A program made the position numbers and the translations under genes. Source: Chloroflexota bacterium (GTDB lineage: Bacteria > Chloroflexota > Chloroflexia > JAMCWQ01). Taken from it: DNA of 58,643 bases. Where the stretch lies: assembly GCA_023480825.1 (NCBI GenBank), contig JAMCWQ010000017.1:1-58643 (forward strand). The letters are read 5' to 3'. This document shows, piece by piece, positions 17,245 to 26,075 of this stretch (its first letter is position 1; each line of letters opens with the position of its first letter). The notes under the pieces were generated by a model. It ran no database searches and was not told where the DNA came from. It saw nothing but the letters and a program-made list of their open reading frames with translations.

Positions 17245-18815
17245 AGAAACCGCACCACCGATTTGCCAAAGGGAATCCTCAGTGACAACACCCGTTCCTT
17301 GTCCGCCGCATCGAAACCTCCTTGCGCTTTGAAGGACACGTAGAAAAGCAAAGCGCCAAGAGGAATCAGGACGGCAACCTCGAGATAATTAGTCGGCAGC
17401 AGCCACACCAGCGGTACGAGCACTACCGTGAAGACCGCGCTGGAAATGGTTACCCGGAACAGGAAACCCCAAGGAAAGCTCAGTTCCATGTCTCGCCAGG
17501 CAAACAACAGGCTGACGAAGCGCGACAAAACCGGCGCCAGTCCCATCGCCACTGCTGCCCCAATGACCCCGAACCGGGGCACCAACAGGAACAAGGAGGG
17601 GATTGCCAGCAGAGATACTAGTCTGGATACAATCACGGACCTATTGTGCTCGTAGACCATTAGGACGGTAAGGGCAACACTAATTAATGACTCGGCGAAT
17701 AGCAAGACCGTTAAAATGATAGTCGCCGTTACCGCCGTCGGAAGGGTTAGGCTAGTCAAAACCGAGCCGGGCTCATTCTTCATGTAGAGGAGCTGCAATA
17801 GATCACCGGACATGATACATAAGCCGGCCGCAGCCGGCAGGAGAGCAAAGATCAGGAATTTTGTCAGCACGCTATACGCGGTCTTCATTGCCTCTTTGGT
17901 GTGCTCGGCGCGTATTCTCGCGAACAGCGGAGTCTGAATCCCTGTTAGTGGGACCACCAGGGCTTTCAGCAACTGCTTGGCAAACTTGTAGGTCAGGGTG
18001 ATGAGCGCTATTTCGGCAAACTGCTGATAGTAGGCCATCACGAACACTACGAACGGAAGGTCATAAAAATAGACGCTTATGTTAAGGAAGTAAACCAGCC
18101 CGGCATAAGAGAGAGCGCGGCGGGCAATTCCTTTGGCGTCATCCCTGCTGAGCACCCGCTCGCGATGCGCACCCCGCATGGCTGCTCGCACAGCTAGATA
18201 GGTCGAGACGATTACCGACAACATGGTGGTGATGAGCAAAGCGAACAGAACCCCGACCGCTCCCCAACCAAGGAGGACGAAGGCCACGGTGAGAAAGGGA
18301 TTCACCACTGCCGCCAGGATATCGAGGAGATTGGTAGACCTCTGCTCGAGATAGCTGTAGAGAATCTGGATCGTGATATCGGAAATCGTCCCGAGAATCA
18401 GTAGAGCACTGATGATGGGGATGAGCAGAGAGCTATCGCTGCCGAATTGAAACAACTGTGAAAAGAAAGGGTTGAAGATATTCAACGCAAGCACTATTAT
18501 GGCAATCAGCGACAGCTTCAGGCCGGAAACGCCGTATACAAAGCGCTTCACCCCTCGCCGGCCATATACTGCTTCCATCTCGGGGACAAACTTGCTCAGG
18601 CTCCTATCGATGCCGAGGTCAGAGTAGAGCCCAATCGTGGCCAAGACCGAGTTGGCTATGGCCAGCAACGCATAGGCACTCACATCCAGCCAGCGCACGA
18701 GGACTATCGAAGTAGCGACGGCGATAATCGTCTTTACCGGGAAGAAGAAAGTATTCCAGAACAGGGCCATCGACGTCCGCTTGGCCAGTGGGGATGCCAT
18801 ATCCGCAGCAGGCAT
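17241..18815 (-). CDS. Wzx-like oligo/polysaccharide flippase (MOP superfamily)
   Basis: The 524-aa protein has about 14 hydrophobic helices. Its N-terminal pattern is 'NTFFFPVKTIIAVATSIVLVRWLDVSAYALLAIANSVLATIGLYSDLGIDRSLSKFVPE', typical of polysaccharide biosynthesis and flippase proteins. Confidence 0.7.
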   Translation of the reverse strand: MPAADMASPLAKRTSMALFWNTFFFPVKTIIAVATSIVLVRWLDVSAYALLAIANSVLATIGLYSDLGIDRSLSKFVPEMEAVYGRRGVKRFVYGVSGLKLSLIAIIVLALNIFNPFFSQLFQFGSDSSLLIPIISALLILGTISDITIQILYSYLEQRSTNLLDILAAVVNPFLTVAFVLLGWGAVGVLFALLITTMLSVIVSTYLAVRAAMRGAHRERVLSRDDAKGIARRALSYAGLVYFLNISVYFYDLPFVVFVMAYYQQFAEIALITLTYKFAKQLLKALVVPLTGIQTPLFARIRAEHTKEAMKTAYSVLTKFLIFALLPAAAGLCIMSGDLLQLLYMKNEPGSVLTSLTLPTAVTATIILTVLLFAESLISVALTVLMVYEHNRSVIVSRLVSLLAIPSLFLLVPRFGVIGAAVAMGLAPVLSRFVSLLFAWRDMELSFPWGFLFRVTISSAVFTVVLVPLVWLLPTNYLEVAVLIPLGALLFYVSFKAQGGFDAADKERVLSLRIPFGKSVVRFL

Positions 18816-18817
18816 AC

Positions 18818-19681
18818 CTAACCAGGCCTTTGGAGCAAGAAGTGAAAGGCTCCGGCGGTGAGGTGCCGGCGGGCCCTATTGACCATCGAAAGTCGCCGGG
18901 GACTATCAGGCACTTGAGGTCGGAACATTCCCGGCTGGGAGACGCTCGGCCGGCTGAACGACGGCTCCCCGTAGATATCCCAACTGTCGAAACCAACCTG
19001 CCCGGCCAGCCGCCGGAACTGCCCTAGCGTGAAATAGTGCATTTCGCTCAGCGTCTGGCGGTCTCTAAACCCTGCTTCGTTCTTCGATCTTCCCCGCCAG
19101 GCAACATAGGTCTCGGCGAGCGTCCGCGGCATCCAATTCACGAATCGCAAATGATAGTGCGGGTCTCGAAGCACATACCTGTTTGTAACGGTCACGAACG
19201 CGAGTCCGTGTGGTTTGAGCACCCGGTAAATCTGCCGGAGCAGGTGCTGGGGAGACTCCGCGTGCTCCAGAACATCATAGCAGGTCACTACCTCAAAGCT
19301 TCCGCTGGCGAGAGGCAGATCCTCACCTGTGGAATTCACCACCTCCATTTGCAGACCGTAACGCGAGCCGCGAAGGCGCGTTATCTCGCAATAATCCGGA
19401 TTAGGATCCAGAGCCGTCACAAGAGCGCCATCTCTTTGGAGAGCCACAGCAAGGCCCCCCATTCCACATCCCAACTCCAGCAGCTTCTTGCCTTCCAGAC
19501 ATCCAGCATGCCGCCGTATCTCCGATAGCTTATCCGACTGGTAGTTCTCCTGCCATAACCGCCGCTCCTTCCACTCAGCGAGGTCCACACGCCAGGGCAT
19601 ATGAGAAGTCCAAGCGGCAATTGCCCGTTCGAGCACCGCCTCGCTCTCACCTGTCCCAATCTTCGTTTCATCTCCCGTCAT
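18818..19681 (-). CDS. class I SAM-dependent methyltransferase
   Basis: Motif I is 'LLELGCGMGGLAVALQRDGALVTALDPN', followed by 'FEVVTCYDVLEH' and 'LKPHGLAFVTV'. Confidence 0.8.
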   Translation of the reverse strand: MTGDETKIGTGESEAVLERAIAAWTSHMPWRVDLAEWKERRLWQENYQSDKLSEIRRHAGCLEGKKLLELGCGMGGLAVALQRDGALVTALDPNPDYCEITRLRGSRYGLQMEVVNSTGEDLPLASGSFEVVTCYDVLEHAESPQHLLRQIYRVLKPHGLAFVTVTNRYVLRDPHYHLRFVNWMPRTLAETYVAWRGRSKNEAGFRDRQTLSEMHYFTLGQFRRLAGQVGFDSWDIYGEPSFSRPSVSQPGMFRPQVPDSPRRLSMVNRARRHLTAGAFHFLLQRPG

Positions 19682-19693
19682 TTCAGGTACTCC

Positions 19694-21259
19694 TCACTGA
19701 GCCTTCAAGTTGTGGAATAGCATGAATCCTTCCTTGGAAGCCACCAATTTCCATGAGGGGGACTCCTGCAACTGGGTTAGCGAAGACCGGCCCTCCAGCA
19801 TAACAGCATTCGTGTCGACCAGAATGTATTGCACGTTCGCCAGCGACGGAGTGTAGGATTGCGGCGGGAAATTGTAGAGATACCGCCTAGGCAACAGCCG
19901 CGGCGCTACAAACGAGCTTGCAGCAACCGAGGCGTCCGATGGGATCATGGCGATTAGCGACTGGGCCGCGGCAACACGAGCATCCGATTCATGATAGCGC
20001 AGGGTACGAAGCACAGGGTTGTGTAGGGCGACATTCGCGCCAACGGCGATGATCAACAGAACTCCTACCAGCGGTACGCCAAGGCCGCCGGGAACGCTGC
20101 GTCCTTTTCCGGCAATCCCCGCAACAAGCTGCTTGAGGCGAGAGAACCCATAGATCGCGCCAACGATCATGCCCGGGATGGCGAGGGCGGAGTACTGGGT
20201 CCGGTAGTCGAACTGGGCAACGCGGTCCGACAGCAAGTTCATCAGCAGAATAGGAAGCGCCAGCAGAAGGGCCCGGGGTCCCAGGAGTGGCAGAAAGGCT
20301 ACCGGCAAGAGAAGCGTAACCATGTACCAGATTTTGTCTGGAGTGAACATCATGCCTAGGGTCTGTAGCGGGTGGGTTACGATAGTCTTGACTATCCCTC
20401 CAGGAGTCGAGCCAAGATTCTTGTAGTAGATAAGGAGTGAGTTGTTCGACCCCAGCCAGTCCTGAGACTGGCCAGGCTCCATAAATGGCAGCTGGGAAGC
20501 AGGAAGCACCGGCGCCGGATGCGTGAACGATGGCACGATGACGAACAGCGAAATGAAGAAATAGGCGCCGCTGAAGGCCACGGGCAATAGCACGTACCGC
20601 CAGTTTCGGCGTCCGGCCAGCTCGTAGAAGCCAAACATCATGAGTACTAGCGAGACGTCGGTGCGGCAAGCAGCGGCAAGCACGCCAAAGGCCGCGAACA
20701 ACACCCACCTTCTCTGCTCGAAGAAATAGAAGGCATACAGCAGCAAGACCAAAGCAAAAGCCCGCAGTTGGATCGGGCTGAGATTGATATACTGCACGGT
20801 GGGATACAGTAGGTATACGAACGCAAACACCAGCCCAAGGAGAGGGCTCTTGAGCTTGTCTCTAGCCAGCAAGAAAACCGGGATGGCTCCCAGCGCGAGG
20901 GCGATGGTCTGGAGGACAAACAGAGTATTGGCGGAAGGAACAAGGGCATAGAAGGGCACCAAGACCGCCAGGAAGGGCATGAAATCGACCCCGAAGATGG
21001 ATTCGGTGAAATTGAAGCGGACATCTTCGAATCCCCGGCCCTGGATTGCATTCCAGATCGCCTGCTCGAAATCCACCTGGTCGAACCCCTGTCCGAATCT
21101 CTCGTATTTCAAGTAGGATGCCACACCGAGCACGGCGATGTAGACCACCAGGACAACGCCAAGAATGATCCATGCACGGTGAGAATCCAAAGAGAGAAAT
21201 GAATCCCGATCATGCCAGGCTTTGGAATGGTTGCCGGCACGCGAAGTCGTAGCACTCAT
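19694..21259 (-). CDS. DUF2079-type polytopic membrane protein (GT-C-like candidate)
   Basis: The ORF track gives 19694..21445. I trimmed it to the ATG at 21259, which forms an ATGA overlap with the stop of the upstream GT2 at 21256. The motif 'GQGFDQVDFEQAIWNAIQG' resembles the DUF2079 signature. The protein is multi-TM. Confidence 0.6.
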   Translation of the reverse strand: MSATTSRAGNHSKAWHDRDSFLSLDSHRAWIILGVVLVVYIAVLGVASYLKYERFGQGFDQVDFEQAIWNAIQGRGFEDVRFNFTESIFGVDFMPFLAVLVPFYALVPSANTLFVLQTIALALGAIPVFLLARDKLKSPLLGLVFAFVYLLYPTVQYINLSPIQLRAFALVLLLYAFYFFEQRRWVLFAAFGVLAAACRTDVSLVLMMFGFYELAGRRNWRYVLLPVAFSGAYFFISLFVIVPSFTHPAPVLPASQLPFMEPGQSQDWLGSNNSLLIYYKNLGSTPGGIVKTIVTHPLQTLGMMFTPDKIWYMVTLLLPVAFLPLLGPRALLLALPILLMNLLSDRVAQFDYRTQYSALAIPGMIVGAIYGFSRLKQLVAGIAGKGRSVPGGLGVPLVGVLLIIAVGANVALHNPVLRTLRYHESDARVAAAQSLIAMIPSDASVAASSFVAPRLLPRRYLYNFPPQSYTPSLANVQYILVDTNAVMLEGRSSLTQLQESPSWKLVASKEGFMLFHNLKAQ

Positions 21260-21972
21260 CCCGAAACTACCTCGTGACCACGCACTCTGATCTGCCACCA
21301 AGTCCTCATCATGTCCAGAAATGTCTTGGCCACCGCCCCTACCCTGCCACCGCGAGCTTTGCCACCAGCACGAGGATGATAGCTCGTCTCCACTTCGGCA
21401 AAGCGATAACCGGATCGACAAGCCCTTACCACGATCTCTCCACAAAAGAAGATTCCCCTTGACCGGACGTGGACTCTGCTAAAGATGTCCCTCCGGTACA
21501 GATGGACCCAGTTGATATCTCGAAAAGGCACGCCGAAAAGCAGCCTCATAAGACGCATAAAGATGGCGGAATTCATTCTCCGGTACAGTGAATAGTCGCT
21601 CCGGCTGCTCCGGTATCCCAGGACGACGTCCGCGTTATCGGCAGCTGATAATAGTCTTCCGAGCTCCTTTATGTCAAACTGGCTGTCGGCCGAATTGTAT
21701 GTTATCAGTTCTTTACGGGCGGCGGCAATTCCGGTCAGCACGGCTCCCCCGAAACCTTGGTTCTCAGCATGGCGGATAGCCCTCACTTCGCCATGACCAG
21801 CCGCCTCCCTCTCAGCGATGGAGAACGTCCGGTCGGTGCTGCCATCGTCCACCACTATGATCTCAAAATCCGCGGCCAACGCGGCCAAGGCGGCCCGCGT
21901 GTCCGCTATTGCCCTGGCAAGGTTATCTTCCTCGTTGTATGCGGGAATGATCACGGAGATGCCCGGCTGCAA
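21256..21972 (-). CDS. GT2 glycosyltransferase, DPM1/Ppm1-like polyprenyl-phosphate sugar synthase candidate (no TM tail)
   Basis: Motifs are 'ISVIIPAYNEEDNL', 'IIVVDDGSTDRT', 'NQGFGGAV' and 'NSADSQFD' (a DxD-like acidic motif). The protein is 238 aa. Confidence 0.75.
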   Translation of the reverse strand: MQPGISVIIPAYNEEDNLARAIADTRAALAALAADFEIIVVDDGSTDRTFSIAEREAAGHGEVRAIRHAENQGFGGAVLTGIAAARKELITYNSADSQFDIKELGRLLSAADNADVVLGYRSSRSDYSLYRRMNSAIFMRLMRLLFGVPFRDINWVHLYRRDIFSRVHVRSRGIFFCGEIVVRACRSGYRFAEVETSYHPRAGGKARGGRVGAVAKTFLDMMRTWWQIRVRGHEVVSG

Positions 21973-23247
21973 TTACCCCTCCGTCTTTCCCACTCCAGGG
22001 CGCCAAGCAGTCAAGCTGGTGTAGTACTGAAACAGTTCACCAAAGAGGCGGAGAATCTCGCTGGCGCTAAGTGCGGAGGTCTCCACAAAGGCTTCGTACT
22101 CTCCCTGACGTCCTTTCACCCAGCTCTTCTCCTCAGGCATTGGCAGGAGGCGTATGTCGTATCGTTCGGGATGATTGTGGATTGGCGTGCCGACGTATGG
22201 TGCAAAAATGTTGAAGCCAAAGCGGTCGGGCCGGACGGTCGCCATCCAGCGTCTGGTCTCCTCGACCGTCTCGTAGGTCTCGCCGGGCAGGCCGATCATG
22301 ATGAATACGTTTACAGGGAGGCCGATTTCCTTGCAGTGGAGCACGAACTCGGTGTTTCGCTCCACAGTTGTGCCTTTGCTGACGACATCCAGAATCTTCT
22401 GGGACCCGCTCTCGATTCCCACGCCCACCTCGATGCAGCCGGCGTCTTTCATTGCGATTAGCATCTCTTTGGTAGTGGTGTCGGCCCGCGCATAGCAACG
22501 CCACTTGATGCCCAGGGGTCTGATACCTTCGCACAGGGCCAGCAGGCGATTCTTGTTGATGGTAATCAGGTCGTCAAGGAAAAGGAAGTGGTCAAACCCA
22601 TACTGATCGATAATGGAATGAAGCTCCGCCAGCACGTAGTCCACGCTGTGCAGCCGGGCTCCACGTTGCCAAACATCTTTTGAGCAGAAGGCGCAACTAA
22701 AAGGGCAGCCTCTACTGGTCATCAGAGTTGTGGCCCGGCCGCCGTCGATCCGGTAGCCATAACCATGTATCGGCAGCAGGTGACGGGCCGGCGGCGCGAT
22801 CGTGTCTATTTGCCGGATATAAGGCATTCGCAAGCTAGGAGGAATCGGAAGCCCTCTTTGGACCAGACTTGCCAACTCCACGATTGCCCGCTCTCCTTCG
22901 CCAGCAACTACGCAGTCAAAGCCGTCCGCCTGGCATTCCTCAGGAGCGGACGACGGGTGCGCTCCACCGATGACAATGGGAGAAGAATGGCCAGTCTTCC
23001 TCAGCGCGGCCAGGACCCTCCTGGCCCAGGGATACTGTGGAGTAGTTGCCGTGAGTCCATAGAGGTCTGCAGTCTCTAGACTGCTGGCATACTCCTCGAT
23101 CTCCCCTTCCTTACCGCCGAAATCGATGACACGCACCTTCACGCCCTGCGACTCCAGGGCGGATGCCAGATAGAGCACTCCTAGCGGCGGGAATGCCTTT
23201 TGGTCGATAAGGAATGGACTTGGGGGGACTATTAAGGCGACTCTCAA
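21973..23247 (-). CDS. B12-binding-domain radical SAM enzyme (class B-like)
   Basis: The N-terminal Rossmann/B12-like region contains 'PPLGVLYLASAL...VIGGAHPS'. The CX3CX2C cluster motif is 'RGCPFSCAFCSKD'. Confidence 0.8.
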   Translation of the reverse strand: MRVALIVPPSPFLIDQKAFPPLGVLYLASALESQGVKVRVIDFGGKEGEIEEYASSLETADLYGLTATTPQYPWARRVLAALRKTGHSSPIVIGGAHPSSAPEECQADGFDCVVAGEGERAIVELASLVQRGLPIPPSLRMPYIRQIDTIAPPARHLLPIHGYGYRIDGGRATTLMTSRGCPFSCAFCSKDVWQRGARLHSVDYVLAELHSIIDQYGFDHFLFLDDLITINKNRLLALCEGIRPLGIKWRCYARADTTTKEMLIAMKDAGCIEVGVGIESGSQKILDVVSKGTTVERNTEFVLHCKEIGLPVNVFIMIGLPGETYETVEETRRWMATVRPDRFGFNIFAPYVGTPIHNHPERYDIRLLPMPEEKSWVKGRQGEYEAFVETSALSASEILRLFGELFQYYTSLTAWRPGVGKTEG

Positions 23248-23250
23248 GAC

Positions 23251-24390
23251 CTAAGCACGTTCCTTCTCGAAATCTCGCACAGAGGCGGCCACCCACTCGA
23301 TCTGCTCGCCTGTCAATTCGGCAAACATTGGGAGAGAAAGAAGCTGCGCGGCCTGTGCTTCCGTAACCGGGAAATCGCCAGGCTTGTATCCGAGATGAGT
23401 ATAGGCGGGCTGCAAGTGGATAGGTATGGGGTAGTGTATACCGGTGCTGATTCCACGGCCGCCAAGGAACTTCTGTAGCTCATCCCTGTACGGTGTCCGG
23501 ATCACGTAGAGATGGTAGACCGACACCACACCCGGCGCTACCACTGGTGTGACGACTTTCAGCCCGGCCAGTAACTGGTTGTAGCGTTCGGCAGCCTTAC
23601 GCCTCGCCTCGTTCCAGGAGTCCAGTCTAGGGAGCTTCACTCGCAACACGGCCGCTTGCATAGTATCCAGCCGGCGGTTGTAACCGGCGAACTGGTGGTG
23701 ATACTTCACTCGCTGCCCGTAGTTGCGGAGCATTCTGATATTTTCCGCCAGCTTGCCATCGCTGGTGACAATGGCGCCCGCATCCCCGTAGGCGCCGAGG
23801 TTCTTCGACGGATAGAAGCTGAAGCATCCGGTGCTACCCATAGAACCGGCCTTCTTGCCCTTGTACAGGGCCCCATGCGCCTGGCAAGCATCTTCAATGA
23901 CGGCAAGACCGTTCCGGCCGGCAATCGCCAGGATAGCGTCCATATCGGCCGGCTGCCCATAGAGGTGCACCGGCATGATGGCCTTAGTGCGCGGGGTTAC
24001 GGCGCGCTCGATAGCGTTGACGTCGATATTGTAGGTGCCCGGATCAGCGTCGACCAACACCGCTTTGGCCCCCGCCGAATTTATCCCGAGAGCCGTAGCG
24101 ATGAAAGTGTTTGCGGGGGTTATTATCTCGTCGCCGGGTCCTACTCCCAGTGCCCGCAGGCTCAACTCCAAGGCAGAGGTGCCATTATCGAGGCCGATTG
24201 CCTCGGAGGCGCCGCAATATTGGGCCCATTCCTGTTCGAACGCGCCTACCGCTTCTCCAAGGATGAAGTCTCCCCTTGCTGCAGACTGGAGCAGAGCCTC
24301 GTTCACCTCTGCTTCGATACTCCGGTACTGTGCTTTCAAGTCTACGAATGGGACCTTGGGCCCCGCCGTAGCTTTGACGGCCTCAACCAT
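23251..24390 (-). CDS. DegT/DnrJ/EryC1/StrS-family PLP-dependent sugar aminotransferase (WbpE/GnnB-like)
   Basis: Motifs are '[19 protein letters not shown]', '[13 protein letters not shown]' and '[20 protein letters not shown]' (the catalytic Lys region). Confidence 0.9.
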   Translation of the reverse strand: MVEAVKATAGPKVPFVDLKAQYRSIEAEVNEALLQSAARGDFILGEAVGAFEQEWAQYCGASEAIGLDNGTSALELSLRALGVGPGDEIITPANTFIATALGINSAGAKAVLVDADPGTYNIDVNAIERAVTPRTKAIMPVHLYGQPADMDAILAIAGRNGLAVIEDACQAHGALYKGKKAGSMGSTGCFSFYPSKNLGAYGDAGAIVTSDGKLAENIRMLRNYGQRVKYHHQFAGYNRRLDTMQAAVLRVKLPRLDSWNEARRKAAERYNQLLAGLKVVTPVVAPGVVSVYHLYVIRTPYRDELQKFLGGRGISTGIHYPIPIHLQPAYTHLGYKPGDFPVTEAQAAQLLSLPMFAELTGEQIEWVAASVRDFEKERA

Positions 24391-25021
24391 GTTTCTTCGC
24401 CTCCCTACTCATCACGTCCAGCCCCTCGACATAGGGCCGGTCCACCATGCCTTCTTTGCAGGACAATTCATTCACGTTGCAAACAACACGAGCCGGATTA
24501 CCGTATACCACCGAGTAAGGGGGGACATCTTTAGTAACGACACTTCCCGCTCCGACTAGAGCCCCTTCCCCGATCGTAATGCCAGGGAGAAGGGTGACGT
24601 TGACCCCGATGCGTGCTCCGGCCTTGATGGTCGGACCCCGCATGCACTTAGTGCACAGGGGATGAGGGTCGTTGGCGATGGCGACGCTAGGAGCGATGAA
24701 CACGTCATCTTCAATAACCGTGAATTGCGCTATGTATACGTTGCTGTGCACTTTCACCCGGTCGCCGATAACGCAGCCGTAGTCCACCACCGAATTGTTC
24801 CAAATGGAGAAACCATCGCCAATCCGGTTTTGTTCTCTGATGACCACGTTGTGGCCGGTCTCCAAGCCATTGCCGGCGACCACGTTGGTGTAGACGACGG
24901 TTCCTGAGCGCAACTTCGCGTTGTCGCCGATTACCGTTTCCTCCGGATCGATGCGCCGGCCGGTACGGTAATCCAATTGGACCGTTGGGTCCAGTTGCGC
25001 ATTCTTCCCCATAATTGCCAT
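24383..25021 (-). CDS. left-handed beta-helix (hexapeptide-repeat) sugar N-acetyltransferase (WbpD-like)
   Basis: Repeated [LIV]-G-x-x-x-x hexapeptides run throughout, for example '[33 protein letters not shown]'. Confidence 0.85.
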   Translation of the reverse strand: MAIMGKNAQLDPTVQLDYRTGRRIDPEETVIGDNAKLRSGTVVYTNVVAGNGLETGHNVVIREQNRIGDGFSIWNNSVVDYGCVIGDRVKVHSNVYIAQFTVIEDDVFIAPSVAIANDPHPLCTKCMRGPTIKAGARIGVNVTLLPGITIGEGALVGAGSVVTKDVPPYSVVYGNPARVVCNVNELSCKEGMVDRPYVEGLDVMSREAKKHG

Positions 25022-25024
25022 GAC

Positions 25025-26065
25025 CTACAACTCCACCGGTGCCCCGTGCTGCCGGAGCGACTTCTCGATAGCCACCATGGTGCGAACCACGGCGAGCCCG
25101 TTTTTCCCATCGGAAATGGGAGTAGCGCCCGACTCCACGCAGTCGAGGAAGTGCTGGCATTGGACTTTGAGAGGTTCGCTCGCCTCGATCTTGGGACTGA
25201 TGATATCGCCGTCCCGCAGTTGAAGCTGGAATTCGCCGAAGCTATCCACTTCGCCGCTGATGGTCACTCCCTTTTCGAAGATGCGTACTTTCTCCAAGGC
25301 ATCGATGTCGTTGAACACAATCCTCTTCTTGCTGCCCACAACCACAACTTCTCTCACCTTGTTGGAGTCGATCCAGCTGACGTGAATGTTGCCGAGGATA
25401 CCGCCGGGGTAGGCAATGGTGGCGAAACCAACGTCCTCCCGGTTGTTCTGTAGAAGGCGGCTACCGACTGCGCTTACCCAAACCGGCTCTTTGCCGACAA
25501 GGTAGTTGAAGATGGAGATATCATGCGGCGCAAGGTCCCATATGGCATTCACGTCCTTGCGAATAAGGCCAAGATGTGTGCGGGTGGCATGCATGTAGTA
25601 GATTTCGCCAAACTCGTCATTGCTGAGGAGCGACTTCACTTTCTGCACGCCGGCATTGAACAGGAAGGTGTGCCCGACCATCAGAGTCAGACGCGAACGC
25701 TCGGCAATTTCCACGAGCTCCCGGGCTTCCTCACTTACCAGCGTAAGGGGCTTTTCCACAAGCAGGTTCTTGCCGCTTCGCAGGACCTCCAGGCTGATTT
25801 CAAAATGGGTTGCGGAAGATGTCGCGACCACCACGGCGCTGACCTCGGGATCAGCCACGACATCATGCAAATCGCGCGTTCTCGCCGCATTGGGGGCACG
25901 CCGCCCAGCTATGTCCAGGCGCCCTGAATCCTTATCGCAGATCCATCCTATACTGGCATTGGGGAGCTCACCAAACACCCGGACGTAATTCATTCCCCAA
26001 TAGCCGCACCCGACTATGGCTACCTTCTGCAAACCGTCCTCCTTTGTCGACTCCCGCGCTGCCAC
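25025..26065 (-). CDS. Gfo/Idh/MocA-family NAD-dependent sugar oxidoreductase (WbpB/GnnA-like)
   Basis: The N-terminal dinucleotide fold is 'KVAIVGCGYWGMNYVRVF'. 'LLVEKPLT' and 'MVGHTFLFN' are typical of the family. Confidence 0.85.
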   Translation of the reverse strand: MAARESTKEDGLQKVAIVGCGYWGMNYVRVFGELPNASIGWICDKDSGRLDIAGRRAPNAARTRDLHDVVADPEVSAVVVATSSATHFEISLEVLRSGKNLLVEKPLTLVSEEARELVEIAERSRLTLMVGHTFLFNAGVQKVKSLLSNDEFGEIYYMHATRTHLGLIRKDVNAIWDLAPHDISIFNYLVGKEPVWVSAVGSRLLQNNREDVGFATIAYPGGILGNIHVSWIDSNKVREVVVVGSKKRIVFNDIDALEKVRIFEKGVTISGEVDSFGEFQLQLRDGDIISPKIEASEPLKVQCQHFLDCVESGATPISDGKNGLAVVRTMVAIEKSLRQHGAPVEL

Positions 26066-26075
26066 ACAACACTCT

